Both the position numbers and the translations under genes were made by a program. The notes beneath the pieces were generated by a model. The model was not told where the DNA came from and did not search any database. It was given only the letters and a program-made list of their open reading frames with translations. From NCBI GenBank assembly GCA_963740355.1, contig CAVUDW010000002.1, positions 544,001-608,000 of the forward strand: a stretch of 64,000 nucleotides of DNA. The letters are read 5' to 3'. The stretch comes from an uncultured Gemmatimonadaceae bacterium (GTDB taxonomy: Bacteria; Gemmatimonadota; Gemmatimonadetes; Gemmatimonadales; Gemmatimonadaceae). The stretch's first letter is position 1, and each line of letters starts with the position of its first letter. This document shows positions 38,103-48,363 of this stretch, piece after piece.

Positions 38103-38177
38103 CGTCAGCGGCGCAGCCGGGCGGGAGTGCGCGGGAGTGTGGACCGTCAGCGGCGCAGACGCGCGGATTGGTCTCAG

Positions 38178-39080
38178 TCAGGCGTAACGCGACGCAGCAG
38201 CAACGGTGTTCAGATGCACGCGGACCGTGTCCGCAATGTCGCGACCGTAGCCGCCCGCGATGGTGACGCACACCGGCAGGCCAACTTCGCGACAGGTGCG
38301 CAACACGAGGTCGTCGCGTTGCGCGAGGCCATCGAACGTCAGCTTCAGTCGGCCCAGCCGATCGCCTTCATGTGGGTCGGCGCCGGCGAGATAGATCACC
38401 AGGTCCGCGCCAGCGTCGCGCAGAACTGCAGGAAGTGCGTCCGTCAGTCGCGCCAGGTATTCGCCGTCTTCCATCCCGTCGGTCAGCTCTTCATCCCGGC
38501 TGCCGTTCACCTTGTGAAACGGGAAATTCTTGGCGCCGTGCATGTTGAACGTGTAGATCGAGGCATCCCCGGCGAAGATCGCGTTCGTGCCGTTGCCCTG
38601 GTGCACATCGAGATCGATGATGCAGGCGCGGCGGACGAGCCCCAGCGCTTGCAGGCGACGGATGGCAATTGCGACGTCATTGAAGACGCAGAAGCCTTCA
38701 CCTCGATCGGCGAAGGCGTGATGTGTGCCGCCGGCGAGATTCATCGCAATACCGTGGCGGACGGCGAACTCGCTTGCCTCGATCGTCCCGCGCACCACGC
38801 GAAAGGCGCGCTCGACGAACGCCTCGCTCCAGGGTAGTCCGATGCGCCGCTGATGGGCCGGATCGAGCGTCCCAAACTCGACGCCGTCCACGTACTCGGG
38901 TGTGTGCACCAGATGCAGGTCGTCGTGCGACGCACGCTCCGGCTCGTGCACCGTTTCGGGTGTGACCAGGCCCTGCGCCAGTGCGCCTTCGCGCAGCAGC
39001 GCGTACTTCGCCATCGGAAAGCGATGGCCGTCCGGGAGCGTGATCGCGTAGCGGGGTGATGACCAGCAGTGGAGCGGCAT
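38178..39080 (-). CDS. Histone deacetylase family protein
   Basis: GHRFPMAKY, GGTHHA, GFCVFND, DLDVHQGNGT, AGADP, GGY. Confidence 0.93.
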   Translation of the reverse strand: MPLHCWSSPRYAITLPDGHRFPMAKYALLREGALAQGLVTPETVHEPERASHDDLHLVHTPEYVDGVEFGTLDPAHQRRIGLPWSEAFVERAFRVVRGTIEASEFAVRHGIAMNLAGGTHHAFADRGEGFCVFNDVAIAIRRLQALGLVRRACIIDLDVHQGNGTNAIFAGDASIYTFNMHGAKNFPFHKVNGSRDEELTDGMEDGEYLARLTDALPAVLRDAGADLVIYLAGADPHEGDRLGRLKLTFDGLAQRDDLVLRTCREVGLPVCVTIAGGYGRDIADTVRVHLNTVAAASRYA

Positions 39081-39136
39081 ACGTGTCACGCTGCGGCGTG
39101 TGCCCCGATGCACCGAAGTGCACCGGGGATCACTGG

Positions 39137-40204
39137 TCACCGATCGGTGAAGTCCGTGCTCGAGTCCACGCGGCGGCAGGCCTCGGCGATCAGCGTCGCA
39201 GCGCTGTCGAGGTCGTCCAGACTCACCATCTCGTTCGGCGAGTGCATGTAGCGATTCGGGATCGATACCAGCGCCGTCGCAACACCATCGCGCGCGAGCT
39301 GGATCGCGTCGGCATCCGTGCTCGTGGCGCGACCCGCCGCGTGCAACGAATACGGCATCGAGAGCGATTCCGCCGTGTCACGCAGGAGGCGGAAGACGAC
39401 GGGGCTGATCACGCTGCCGCGGCTCAGGACCGGGCCGCCGCCGAGTTTGTGCTCGCCGACTTCCTTCTTCTCGATGCCCGGGTGATCGGTGGCGAACGTC
39501 ACGTCCACCGCGATCGCCATCTGGGGGCCGAGTGACTGTGCCGCGACGCGCGCACCACCGCCCGAGTACCCGATCTCTTCCTGACAGGTGGCCACTGCGA
39601 CCACCCGAGCCGCGCCTGGCTTCTCGGCGTATCGCCGGAGGGCCTCGAGCACGATGAAGGCGCCGATCCGGTCGTCGATGCTGCGCGAGACGATCCGGTT
39701 GTTCGGCATGTCGGTGACTTTCGCATCGAGCACACCGCAGTCACCGACCGAGAGCCGTTCGGCCGCTTCCGCACGGTTCTGCGCCCCGATGTCGACCCAC
39801 ATGTCGGCGAATTTCGTGACCTTCTCGCGTTCCTCGGGCTTCATCAGGTGGATCGGCTTCTTGCCCACCACACCGTAAACCTCTCCGGTGCGGCCGATGA
39901 AGCGGATGCGCTGGCCGACCAGGACCTGCGTGTCCCAGCCACCGATGCCTTCGATGTAGGCGAAGCCGTTGTCGTCGATCCAGGTCACGATCACACCGAT
40001 TTCATCGATGTGGCCGGCGAGGAGGATGGTCGGACCGCCGGTGCCCTGCACCTCGGCGATCGAGTTGCCGATCACGTCGGCCCGGACAGCGGCGAACTTC
40101 GCCGCCTCGGCCCGCCAGACCTTGGCTGGCGCAGACTCGAACCCCGATGGCCCTGGGGTGTCGAGCAGCGTCTTCAGAAATGCAATGGAAGATTCGTTGA
40201 GCAT
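39137..40204 (-). CDS. M42 family aminopeptidase
   Basis: GPSGFE, GHIDEIG, DDRIG, QEEIG, DVT, RYMHSP. Confidence 0.93.
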   Translation of the reverse strand: MLNESSIAFLKTLLDTPGPSGFESAPAKVWRAEAAKFAAVRADVIGNSIAEVQGTGGPTILLAGHIDEIGVIVTWIDDNGFAYIEGIGGWDTQVLVGQRIRFIGRTGEVYGVVGKKPIHLMKPEEREKVTKFADMWVDIGAQNRAEAAERLSVGDCGVLDAKVTDMPNNRIVSRSIDDRIGAFIVLEALRRYAEKPGAARVVAVATCQEEIGYSGGGARVAAQSLGPQMAIAVDVTFATDHPGIEKKEVGEHKLGGGPVLSRGSVISPVVFRLLRDTAESLSMPYSLHAAGRATSTDADAIQLARDGVATALVSIPNRYMHSPNEMVSLDDLDSAATLIAEACRRVDSSTDFTDR

Positions 40205-40270
40205 GATAGAAGACTAATTCGATACGCCAGCGTAACGGTGGCCTCCATCAGTGGGGCCGCCCGCAGCAAG

Positions 40271-41950
40271 TCAGCGCGGCGTCATTTCGTACACCTTCGT
40301 CCCACCGACCCACGTCTGCAGGACGTGCGTCTGCAATACCAGCTCCGGCGCAATCCGCATGATGTCCTGATCCAGCAGCACGAAGTCGGCGTACTTTCCG
40401 GCAGTCAGCGAGCCCAGCACCTGCTCCTGGAAGGCCGCCTTCGCGGGCCAGATCGTCATCGAGCGCAGGGCTTCCTCGCGCGTCATCTTCTGCTCGGGAA
40501 ACCAGCCTCCCACCGGGAAGTCATCCGCGTCCTGTCGCGAAATCGCGGCATGGAAGCTGATCAGCGGATTGACCATCTCCACAGGGAAGTCGCTCCCGTT
40601 GGGAATGATCACCCCGGTCGCGAGCAGCGACCGCCATGCGTACGCACCGCGCAACCGTTCGGCGCCGAGTCGATTCCCGGCCCAGTACATGTCGCTCGTC
40701 TGGTGGCTGGCCTGCATGCTCGGGATCACACCCAGCGTCGCGAACCGGCCAATGTCATCATGGTGGATGATCTGGGCATGCTCGATGCGAAACCGGTGGT
40801 CGGCGGTCGGCACACTCTTCAGCGCGGCGGCATACGCGTCCAGCACGAGTCGGTTGGCCCGGTCTCCGATGGCATGTGTCGCGACCTGCCAGCCCGACCG
40901 GAGCGCGCGTTCACTGACCGACTTGATCCACGCGGGCTGCATCACCAGCAGGCCGTTGTTCTGGGCATCGTCGGCGTACGGATCGAGCAGGGCAGCGCCG
41001 CGCGAGCCGAGCGCGCCATCGCCATAGAGCTTGATACTGCGCACCCAGAGGCGGCCGTCGAACAACGCACTCCGCGGCCCCTTGGCCATGGCCCAGTTCA
41101 CCGTCGCGCTATCGCCCGAGAGCAGCACGTAAGCGCGCAACGTCAGCTCGCCCGCTTGTCCCGCCGCTTCGTACGTGCCGACGATCGATGGGCTGACCCC
41201 CATTTCGTGGACACCGGTCAGCCCCCAGCGATTGGCCTCACGGACTGCATTCCTGAGCACCTCGCGCGGGTTCAGTGCTTCACCGCCCCGAGCGGCCGAC
41301 TCCATCAGCTGCTGTGCATTGTCGACAAAGACTCCGGTCGGTGTGCCACGTGCGTCACGCAAGACGCGGCCACCCTCGGGATCCTTCGTCTCGGCGGTGA
41401 TGCCGGCTTTCGACATTGCGGCGGCATTGGCAAGTAGCGCGTGCCCGTCGACGCGTGTCAGGATCACCGGATGGTCGGGGGTCGCCGCATTGAGCGCCGC
41501 ATTGGTTGGCAGGCGCGTGTCGCTCCAGTCGTTCTGGTCCCAGCCGCGACCGAGGATCGGTGTTCCTTTCGGCGTCGTCGCGGCCTTTGCGACCACGCGA
41601 GCGACCACTTCCTCGTACGACTTGGTGCCGTTCAGGTCGACCTGTCGCAGCTCCACACCCAGGCCATACAGGTGCGCATGGGCATCTGTCATGCCCGGAA
41701 TGATCGTTCGTCCGCCAGCGTCGATGACCTTGGTGGCCGCCCCTTTCAGCGCCAGTGCTTCAACCGTGCTGCCGACGAAGGCGATGCGCCCACCAATCAC
41801 GGCCATCGCTTCGGCAATCGGGCGTGCATCGTCTGCCGTATAGATGCGAGCGTTGTGCAGGATCAGTTCTGCGCGTGGCGACGCAGGTGCCTGGGCGAAC
41901 AGTGGTAGTGCGACGGCGCCAGAGAGCGCGGCGATCGCGAAGCGGAGCAT
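40271..41950 (-). CDS. Amidohydrolase (YtcJ-like) with signal peptide
   Basis: PGMTDAHAH, RVDGH, DGALGSRGA, HAIGDRA, RIEHAQ, GSDFP. Confidence 0.9.
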   Translation of the reverse strand: MLRFAIAALSGAVALPLFAQAPASPRAELILHNARIYTADDARPIAEAMAVIGGRIAFVGSTVEALALKGAATKVIDAGGRTIIPGMTDAHAHLYGLGVELRQVDLNGTKSYEEVVARVVAKAATTPKGTPILGRGWDQNDWSDTRLPTNAALNAATPDHPVILTRVDGHALLANAAAMSKAGITAETKDPEGGRVLRDARGTPTGVFVDNAQQLMESAARGGEALNPREVLRNAVREANRWGLTGVHEMGVSPSIVGTYEAAGQAGELTLRAYVLLSGDSATVNWAMAKGPRSALFDGRLWVRSIKLYGDGALGSRGAALLDPYADDAQNNGLLVMQPAWIKSVSERALRSGWQVATHAIGDRANRLVLDAYAAALKSVPTADHRFRIEHAQIIHHDDIGRFATLGVIPSMQASHQTSDMYWAGNRLGAERLRGAYAWRSLLATGVIIPNGSDFPVEMVNPLISFHAAISRQDADDFPVGGWFPEQKMTREEALRSMTIWPAKAAFQEQVLGSLTAGKYADFVLLDQDIMRIAPELVLQTHVLQTWVGGTKVYEMTPR

Positions 41951-42141
41951 GGACACGGCGGGATGGGCAGGCGTGGTGACGGCGTGGCAAGTTGGGCCAT
42001 GCGCTGACGCATACGCTACCGCCCTGGTACGCGTTGCGCGACGGCCCCGCAAATCCATGTTGGATCTGCGGGGCCGTCACTGCACTCACACGTCAACCGA
42101 TTCCCGAGACTTGGGGCGGAAGACTGCGTCGAACGTCGTGC

Positions 42142-42660
42142 TTAGTGCTTCATCCCACCCATCGAAGCAGGCGGCATGAGGACGGTGTCGATCACGTGGA
42201 TCACGCCGTTCTTCGCCTTGATGTCCGTGGCGGTCACCGTCGAGTTGCCATTCAGCACGACCTTGCCACCCACAACCTTGATCGAAACCTTGCCGCCCTG
42301 GACGGTGGTGGCTTCGGACAGGCCGACGACCTGCCCGGCCATCACGGCACCTGGCACGACGTGATAGGTGAGCACGGCGGTCAGCTTGGCCTTGTCGGCA
42401 AGCAACGCATTCAAGGCTGCCGGCGGCAGCTTGGCGAACGCGGCATCGGTCGGGGCGAACACCGTGAACGGACCAGCGCCCTTCAACGTCTCGATCAAGC
42501 CAGCGGCGGTCAGCGCCTTGGCCAGCGTGTTGAACGTGCCAGCGGCGACGGCGGTCTCGACGATGTCCTTCTCACCCATCGCCATGCCCTGTGCCTGCAC
42601 AGCGCGGGGCGCAAATGCGACTGCGCCCATCAGCGCCACTGCGGTCATGAAACGCTTCAT
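42142..42660 (-). CDS. Fasciclin (FAS1) domain protein, secreted
   Basis: Signal peptide, [27 protein letters not shown]. Confidence 0.93.
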   Translation of the reverse strand: MKRFMTAVALMGAVAFAPRAVQAQGMAMGEKDIVETAVAAGTFNTLAKALTAAGLIETLKGAGPFTVFAPTDAAFAKLPPAALNALLADKAKLTAVLTYHVVPGAVMAGQVVGLSEATTVQGGKVSIKVVGGKVVLNGNSTVTATDIKAKNGVIHVIDTVLMPPASMGGMKH

Positions 42661-42979
42661 AGTATCAACCATCCTGAAATGCGATTCGCGAACCGGCACG
42701 GTGAAGTCCGTGCGTCGATTCCGTGCGATGAAGTCGCATTCCAGCCATCCGGTTCCCAAGCCACAACCGCCCTTCCCATGGAACTTTTGTCTTTCACGCC
42801 CGCTGCATCCAAGCACGGCAGTTCGACGAACACCAAAGGTTAAAGACGCCAAGACGCAGAGAAAAGCAATTGAACGAATGTGGCGGCGCGAGCGCCGCAG
42901 TACTGCCGTTCAAGTTTGCAGACGCTGTTCTTTGCGCCCTCTGCGCCTCTGCATTGAGCAGTTCCCATCGGTACTCGGA

Positions 42980-45220
42980 TCAGCCCTTTGATTTCGATGT
43001 CCCGAAGTGGTACAGCGGCACCAGCAGCACGGCGACGAAGATCGCGATCGCGACGGTCGGATTCTCGCCGATCGTGCCGAGCACCCTCGACCAGTCGTAG
43101 GCCTTGTCCCATTCCTTCACCGTCATGCCAGCCAGCACGATGCCCATGATCGCGCCACCGCCGATCAGGCCCGACGAAAATAGGACTCCGGGTCCGGAAT
43201 CACTTTCCGCCGCCGTCTCACCGCCGGCCTTGGCACTGCGCTTCTCGACGATCCAGCGCAGGACGCCGCCGATGAACATCGTCGCCGATGTCGAGATCGG
43301 GAGATAGACGCCGACCGCCACCGGCAGCGAGTTGATGCCGAAGATTTCCATCGCGATGGCGAGGAAGGCGCCAATGAGGATCAATCCCCACGGCAACTTC
43401 TGCGTCAGGATCCCGTCTACCACCAGCGCCATGATCTGGCTCTTCGGTGAATCGAGCTTCTTCACCGTGCGGCCGAGATAGTCGACCGACTCGCGACCAC
43501 CGATGCCTGGATCGATCAGGAACTTCACCTGATCCGTGTTGCGATCCAGCAGGTAGCGACCGATCGGCACATCGCCTTGCACGGCGTACAATCGGCCGAC
43601 CTTGTACACGTCTTCCGTCTGCGCGGTGCTCGCAATTCGCTGTGTGATGCGCCCCTTCTCCACCACGGCCAGCAGCGGCTCGATGGTGGACATCTTCGCG
43701 GTCGGATAGTCGCGCCGCACCAGCGTGGTGTTCGCAGCGTTGAGGAAGGCGATGATCGCCCCGACCACGAGCGCCGAGGTCATCACACCCGCCAGCAGGC
43801 CGATCTGCTGTCGCGCTGGCGTCGCGCCGACGATGTAGCCCGTCTTGAGATCCTGTGACGTGGCGCCGGCGACTGCCGCGGCGATGCAGACCACACCGCC
43901 GATGCTCAGGGCCAGCACCCGGTGCTCGATGCCCGTCCACCCCACGGCAAGGAAGATCAATGCGGTCAGCAGTACGGTGGCCACCGTCATGCCGCTGATC
44001 GGATTGGACGAGTTGCCGATCTGCCCGGTGACGCGACTCGAAACCGTGACGAAGAGGAAGGCGAAGAACAACGCCAGCACTGCGCCGGTGATGCCGATCG
44101 CGATCGGCGGCACGAAGGCCGTGATCATCGCCAGCAGCGCGACGCCAGCGATCACGAAACTCATCGGCAGGTTGCGCGCAGTTCGGAGCACGGCGCTGCC
44201 AGCCTTCGACCCGCCGATTTCGCCAACGCCGGCGCGGAGCGCAGCCCAGATGGTCGGCATCGACCGGCCAAGGCTGATCAAGCCCGCCGCCGTGACGGCC
44301 CCGGCCCCGATGTAGAACACATAGTTCGCGCGGATCTCCCTTGCGCCCATCTCCGAGATCGGGATAGTCGCCGGAAACATCGGCGTGGTCAGCCCGTCGC
44401 CGAACAGCTTGATCGCCGGAATGAGCACGAAGTACGACAGCACGCCGCCGCCGAACAGGTATCCCGCGATTCGTGGTCCGACGATGAAGCCGACGCCGGC
44501 CAGCTCAGGACTGATCTCCGCCTGCATCTCGCCGAACAGCGCCTTGCGCCCGTTCGGCATCACTTTCTCGAACGTCCACTTCGGCACTTCGACCCACATC
44601 TTGGCGCCGGCATTGAAGAACTTGTACAACGCGCCGATGCCAAAGCCCATGAACACCGTGCGCGCCTGCACGCCGCGCTCCTCGCCGACTATCAACACAT
44701 CAGCGCACGCCGTCCCTTCAGGGTACTTGAGGGTGGCATGCTCCTTCACGATCAGCGTTTCACGCAGCGGAATCATCAGCAGCACGCCCAGCAGGCCGCC
44801 CACCAGGGCGACGCAGGCCACCTGCGACCAGGGCAACTCGTAGCCCAGCAGCAGGAGCGCCGGGAGCGTGAACACGACGCCGGACGCGATCGACTCACCG
44901 GCCGATCCGGTGGTCTGCACGATGTTGTTGCGAAGGATCTGGGGCCCGGTCACGCCGAGCGCCTTGTTGATCGAGCGGAAGATCGTGATCGACAGCACCG
45001 CGATCGGGATCGACGCGCTCACCGTCAGCCCGATCTTGAGGGCGAGGTAGACGCTGCTGGCGGCGAAGAGCAGGCCGAGCAGCGCGCCGATCACGACCGC
45101 GCTGACGGTCAGCTCCGTCACCTCGCGGTCGGCCGTGATGTACGGCGTGAAGTCGTTCTCGTCGCGGCCCGATCCCGGCGTGGGGACGGGGCGAAGGTCT
45201 GGTCGGGAGGTGGTAGCCAT
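42980..45220 (-). CDS. OPT/YSL-family oligopeptide transporter
   Basis: YLALKIGLTVSASIP, NNIVQTTGSAGE, YPEGTAC, SSNPISG, QDLKTG. Confidence 0.93.
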   Translation of the reverse strand: MATTSRPDLRPVPTPGSGRDENDFTPYITADREVTELTVSAVVIGALLGLLFAASSVYLALKIGLTVSASIPIAVLSITIFRSINKALGVTGPQILRNNIVQTTGSAGESIASGVVFTLPALLLLGYELPWSQVACVALVGGLLGVLLMIPLRETLIVKEHATLKYPEGTACADVLIVGEERGVQARTVFMGFGIGALYKFFNAGAKMWVEVPKWTFEKVMPNGRKALFGEMQAEISPELAGVGFIVGPRIAGYLFGGGVLSYFVLIPAIKLFGDGLTTPMFPATIPISEMGAREIRANYVFYIGAGAVTAAGLISLGRSMPTIWAALRAGVGEIGGSKAGSAVLRTARNLPMSFVIAGVALLAMITAFVPPIAIGITGAVLALFFAFLFVTVSSRVTGQIGNSSNPISGMTVATVLLTALIFLAVGWTGIEHRVLALSIGGVVCIAAAVAGATSQDLKTGYIVGATPARQQIGLLAGVMTSALVVGAIIAFLNAANTTLVRRDYPTAKMSTIEPLLAVVEKGRITQRIASTAQTEDVYKVGRLYAVQGDVPIGRYLLDRNTDQVKFLIDPGIGGRESVDYLGRTVKKLDSPKSQIMALVVDGILTQKLPWGLILIGAFLAIAMEIFGINSLPVAVGVYLPISTSATMFIGGVLRWIVEKRSAKAGGETAAESDSGPGVLFSSGLIGGGAIMGIVLAGMTVKEWDKAYDWSRVLGTIGENPTVAIAIFVAVLLVPLYHFGTSKSKG

Positions 45221-45281
45221 GCGCGAATGTAAGGGTGGGTGTGTGCCGTCCGGTGTCCCCACCCTCCGGAACGCCCTCAGC

Positions 45282-46787
45282 TCACGGCGCGCCGCGCGGG
45301 TATCGCCCAACCAGCGCGGCATCACGAGGCCGCGGAGCGCTCGCCCTCGGCCGTCGCATCGCCTGCTCCACCTCCGAGACTTCGCGCGGCAGCCTGGAGA
45401 GCCATTCGAGGCCCGATGCCGTCAGCAAGTAGTCATCCTCGATGCGGATGCCGATCCCGCCGTACGTCGCCACCGCCGGCGCGATCGTCGTCATCAGGGC
45501 GCGGTTCCTCGGGGTGTCTGGCAGGACTTCGGCCAGATTCCTCCGCACATACACGCCGGGCTCGATGGTCACGACACTCCCGGCGAGCCAGACCGCGCTG
45601 GTGTCGGAGACGTCGGGGTCGTGCACTTCGAGACCAATCCCGTGTCCGAGGGCGTGCATGTAGTACAGCCGCACCTGGCGACACTGCCGCTGGCCAGTGG
45701 TGTCGCAGTCGTACGTCGCGGTGGGTGACTCAATCAGTCCTAGCGCCGCCAGGCCGGCGGCGAGGGTGTCGAAGGCGGCCAAGCCAGGGGCGTCGATCGC
45801 GGCGCCAACACGCGTTGCCGTCTCACCTGCCGCCTGCGCACGCCGCACGAGTTCGTAGACGGCCCGCTGCGCAGGCGTGAATCGCCCGCCGATGGGCAGC
45901 GTGCGGGTGACATCGGCGCTGTAGCCGGCGTAACTCGCACCGATGTCCATCACCACCAGCTCGCCGGCCTTCGTCGCGCGGTCGTTTTGCCAGTAGTGGA
46001 GCGTGGTGCCGTTGTCGCCAGAACCGGCAATGCTGGTAAAGCCCGGCCGTTCGGCGCCATTGCGACGAAACACGTATTCCACCAGCGCCTGAATCTCGAA
46101 TTCATTCCACCCCGGTGCCACCATGCGCATCGCTTCCTCGTGCGCCTTCACGGTGATCCCGATGGCGGTGCGGAGCAACGAAACCTCCGCCGCGCTCTTC
46201 CGGCCGCGCAGCTGCAGCACGAACCGATTGCCTTCCGTGACCGTCGACGCCGGTCGTCGCTTGATCAGGTCGTTCAAAAACGCCTGATCCGGTGTAACGG
46301 CCTCGCCGGCAACACTTCGCTGGCCCCGAAACTCGCCGATCACGCGGATGGGAAGCGTCGCGCCGGCAACCGAGTCGAGCACGGCGTTCAGGTCGCCAAT
46401 CGTCCGCGTCTCGATACCCGTGACCTGACGCGCTTCGAGTAGCGACGGACGCACCCCGGTCCAGACTTCTCCTGCTGGATCGCGCTCTTCCACGAACAGG
46501 ATCTCGCGCTGCTGCCCATTCGTCCGCACCAGCACCAGCGCGCCGTTTGGCTGCATCCAGCCGGTGAGATAGCGGAGGTGCGGCGACTGTGAGAACAACT
46601 CGAAGTCTTTCGCTGGCTCGCCAGATCCGAGGACGACCACTGCCGCGTCGCCGGACAGGTTGCCGAGCGCCGCACGCCGCGCTGCGTACTCGGCAGTTGA
46701 AATCTGGGCCGTCAGCGCGGAACTGGCGCTGACGACGCCAAGCAGTGCAACAAATAGTCGATGCTGAACCGTGCGGAACGTGCTCAC
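45282..46787 (-). CDS. Xaa-Pro aminopeptidase (M24B) with signal peptide
   Basis: LHY, DIGA, DVTRT, HALGHGIGLEVHD, TIEPG, RIEDD; GTGA overlap with the upstream gene. Confidence 0.9.
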   Translation of the reverse strand: MSTFRTVQHRLFVALLGVVSASSALTAQISTAEYAARRAALGNLSGDAAVVVLGSGEPAKDFELFSQSPHLRYLTGWMQPNGALVLVRTNGQQREILFVEERDPAGEVWTGVRPSLLEARQVTGIETRTIGDLNAVLDSVAGATLPIRVIGEFRGQRSVAGEAVTPDQAFLNDLIKRRPASTVTEGNRFVLQLRGRKSAAEVSLLRTAIGITVKAHEEAMRMVAPGWNEFEIQALVEYVFRRNGAERPGFTSIAGSGDNGTTLHYWQNDRATKAGELVVMDIGASYAGYSADVTRTLPIGGRFTPAQRAVYELVRRAQAAGETATRVGAAIDAPGLAAFDTLAAGLAALGLIESPTATYDCDTTGQRQCRQVRLYYMHALGHGIGLEVHDPDVSDTSAVWLAGSVVTIEPGVYVRRNLAEVLPDTPRNRALMTTIAPAVATYGGIGIRIEDDYLLTASGLEWLSRLPREVSEVEQAMRRPRASAPRPRDAALVGRYPRGAP

Positions 46788-47530
46788 CGCGGCGACGCCG
46801 GGATGAACTGCCACTTTGCGGTGACCACCGCCGTCACCGTCTGTTCAGTCGGCGCCACGATCGGTGTTGGTTCGTCGGCCGCCTTCGCCCGCATCGACAT
46901 TACCATCCCTTCCATGGGACGGGGCATGTCCTGCATCTGGCTCGAAATCAGGACCAGCGGGCCGAGCGTTCCACCCGCGGCCTTCGCGATCACCTCGGCG
47001 CTGAGGCGTACGCTGCTGGTTGCGCTGGCGAGGGCTTCCCGCTTCGTCGCCTCGATCTGCGAGGCGTAGAAATTTACGCCGTTGATGTTGTTCGCGCCGG
47101 CGCCGAGTGCGGCGTCGATCACCTTGCCCACCAACTCGAGATTGCGCACTTCGACGCGGACCGTGTTGGTCGCGTCATACCCGGTCAGCTCGGGCTTGCG
47201 GCCGTCAGGGTAGTACCGATAGGACGGCGCCACGTTGTAGTTCATGGTGCCGACCTGCTCGCGAGGAATGCCGGCAGCGCGCACCGCCTCGAGGATCGCG
47301 GTCGCCAGCTTCGCATTTTCCTGACCGGCGAGTGCCGCGGTGCGGCCTTTTGTCTGCACGCCGACGTACACCAGCGCGCGGTCGGGCGAGACCTTCGCTT
47401 CTCCCGATCCTGTGACTTCGATCATGGGTGGCGTGGGCTGGGGCATGGTGCCCTGCGCGGCGAGCGGGGCGGCCATCAGCGCGCCGAGGAGGAGCGACGA
47501 GGCCTTCGACGAACGACGGGGATTGCGCAT
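46784..47530 (-). CDS. SIMPL (DUF541) domain periplasmic protein
   Basis: Signal peptide, IEVTGSGEAKVSPD, GANNING, AKAAG. Confidence 0.88.
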   Translation of the reverse strand: MRNPRRSSKASSLLLGALMAAPLAAQGTMPQPTPPMIEVTGSGEAKVSPDRALVYVGVQTKGRTAALAGQENAKLATAILEAVRAAGIPREQVGTMNYNVAPSYRYYPDGRKPELTGYDATNTVRVEVRNLELVGKVIDAALGAGANNINGVNFYASQIEATKREALASATSSVRLSAEVIAKAAGGTLGPLVLISSQMQDMPRPMEGMVMSMRAKAADEPTPIVAPTEQTVTAVVTAKWQFIPASPR

Positions 47531-47890
47531 GGATTCCGGTTCCTGACAAGGGGATCGACGTCGCGCCCCTGCGGGCACGACTGTGAAATACGGTTCGACG
47601 TGCGACTGGGAGATGCGTCCGAGCCTGTCGGATGCACATGGGCGAAGATACCCGACAGCCAGGCTGCCGTGCCGGGGGCACCATGCCCGGATCGCTTCTC
47701 GTGATTCGGCCCCAGCCCAGTGCCTGTAAGGGATCTGGCGGCGTTGGCGGCGGAGCGCGGAGGCGCCGCGCAACCCGTGAATGTCAGGAAACCCTTACCC
47801 CGCTTGCAGAAATCGGCGGCGGCTATCAGCTTCCCGTCGCGCCATTGGCGCGGAAACACGTGTCAAACAGTCATCTCGGAGAATGGTGCC

Positions 47891-48265
47891 ATGAGCAGAA
47901 TCGCGATCGTGAATGCGTTGGTCGACAATGTCGGCCTCTCGAAGAAGCATGCGAATGCAGTCCTGAAGGAGTTGTTCGACGCCAGCGAAGGCGTCATTGC
48001 GAAGGCGCTGAAGAAGGGTGAGAAGGTCGGTATCACCGGCTTCGGCACGTTCAGCGTCGGCAAGCGCAATGCCCGCGTTGGTCGCAATCCGCAGACGGGC
48101 GAGAAGGTGAAGATCGCCGCCAGCAAGGCCCCGAAGTTCAAGGCCGGCGCCAGCCTGAAGGCATTCGTGAACGGCAAGGCCGCCGCCACCAAGGTCAAGA
48201 AGGCAGCGAAGAAGGTGACGAAGAAGGTTGCCAAGAAGGCCGCGAAGAAGGCCGGCAAGAAGTAA
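47891..48265 (+). CDS. hup: HU DNA-binding protein with a Lys/Ala-rich C-terminal tail
   Basis: GFGTF, GRNPQTGE, PKFKAG, followed by KVKKAAKKVTKKVAKKAAKKAGKK. Confidence 0.95.
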   Translation: MSRIAIVNALVDNVGLSKKHANAVLKELFDASEGVIAKALKKGEKVGITGFGTFSVGKRNARVGRNPQTGEKVKIAASKAPKFKAGASLKAFVNGKAAATKVKKAAKKVTKKVAKKAAKKAGKK

Positions 48266-48305
48266 TACGTTCGACGTTCGTGGCTGCATCGTACCAGGGA
48301 GTGAG

Positions 48306-48347
48306 CGCGGGGCGCCGACGGCTTTCGTCGGCGCCCCGCGTCGTTTC
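48306..48347 (+). terminator. Intrinsic terminator after hup
   Basis: 15-bp perfect stem CGCGGGGCGCCGACG/CGTCGGCGCCCCGCG with a short T tract. Confidence 0.75.
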
Positions 48348-48363
48348 TGCGTAAACTCCACCC

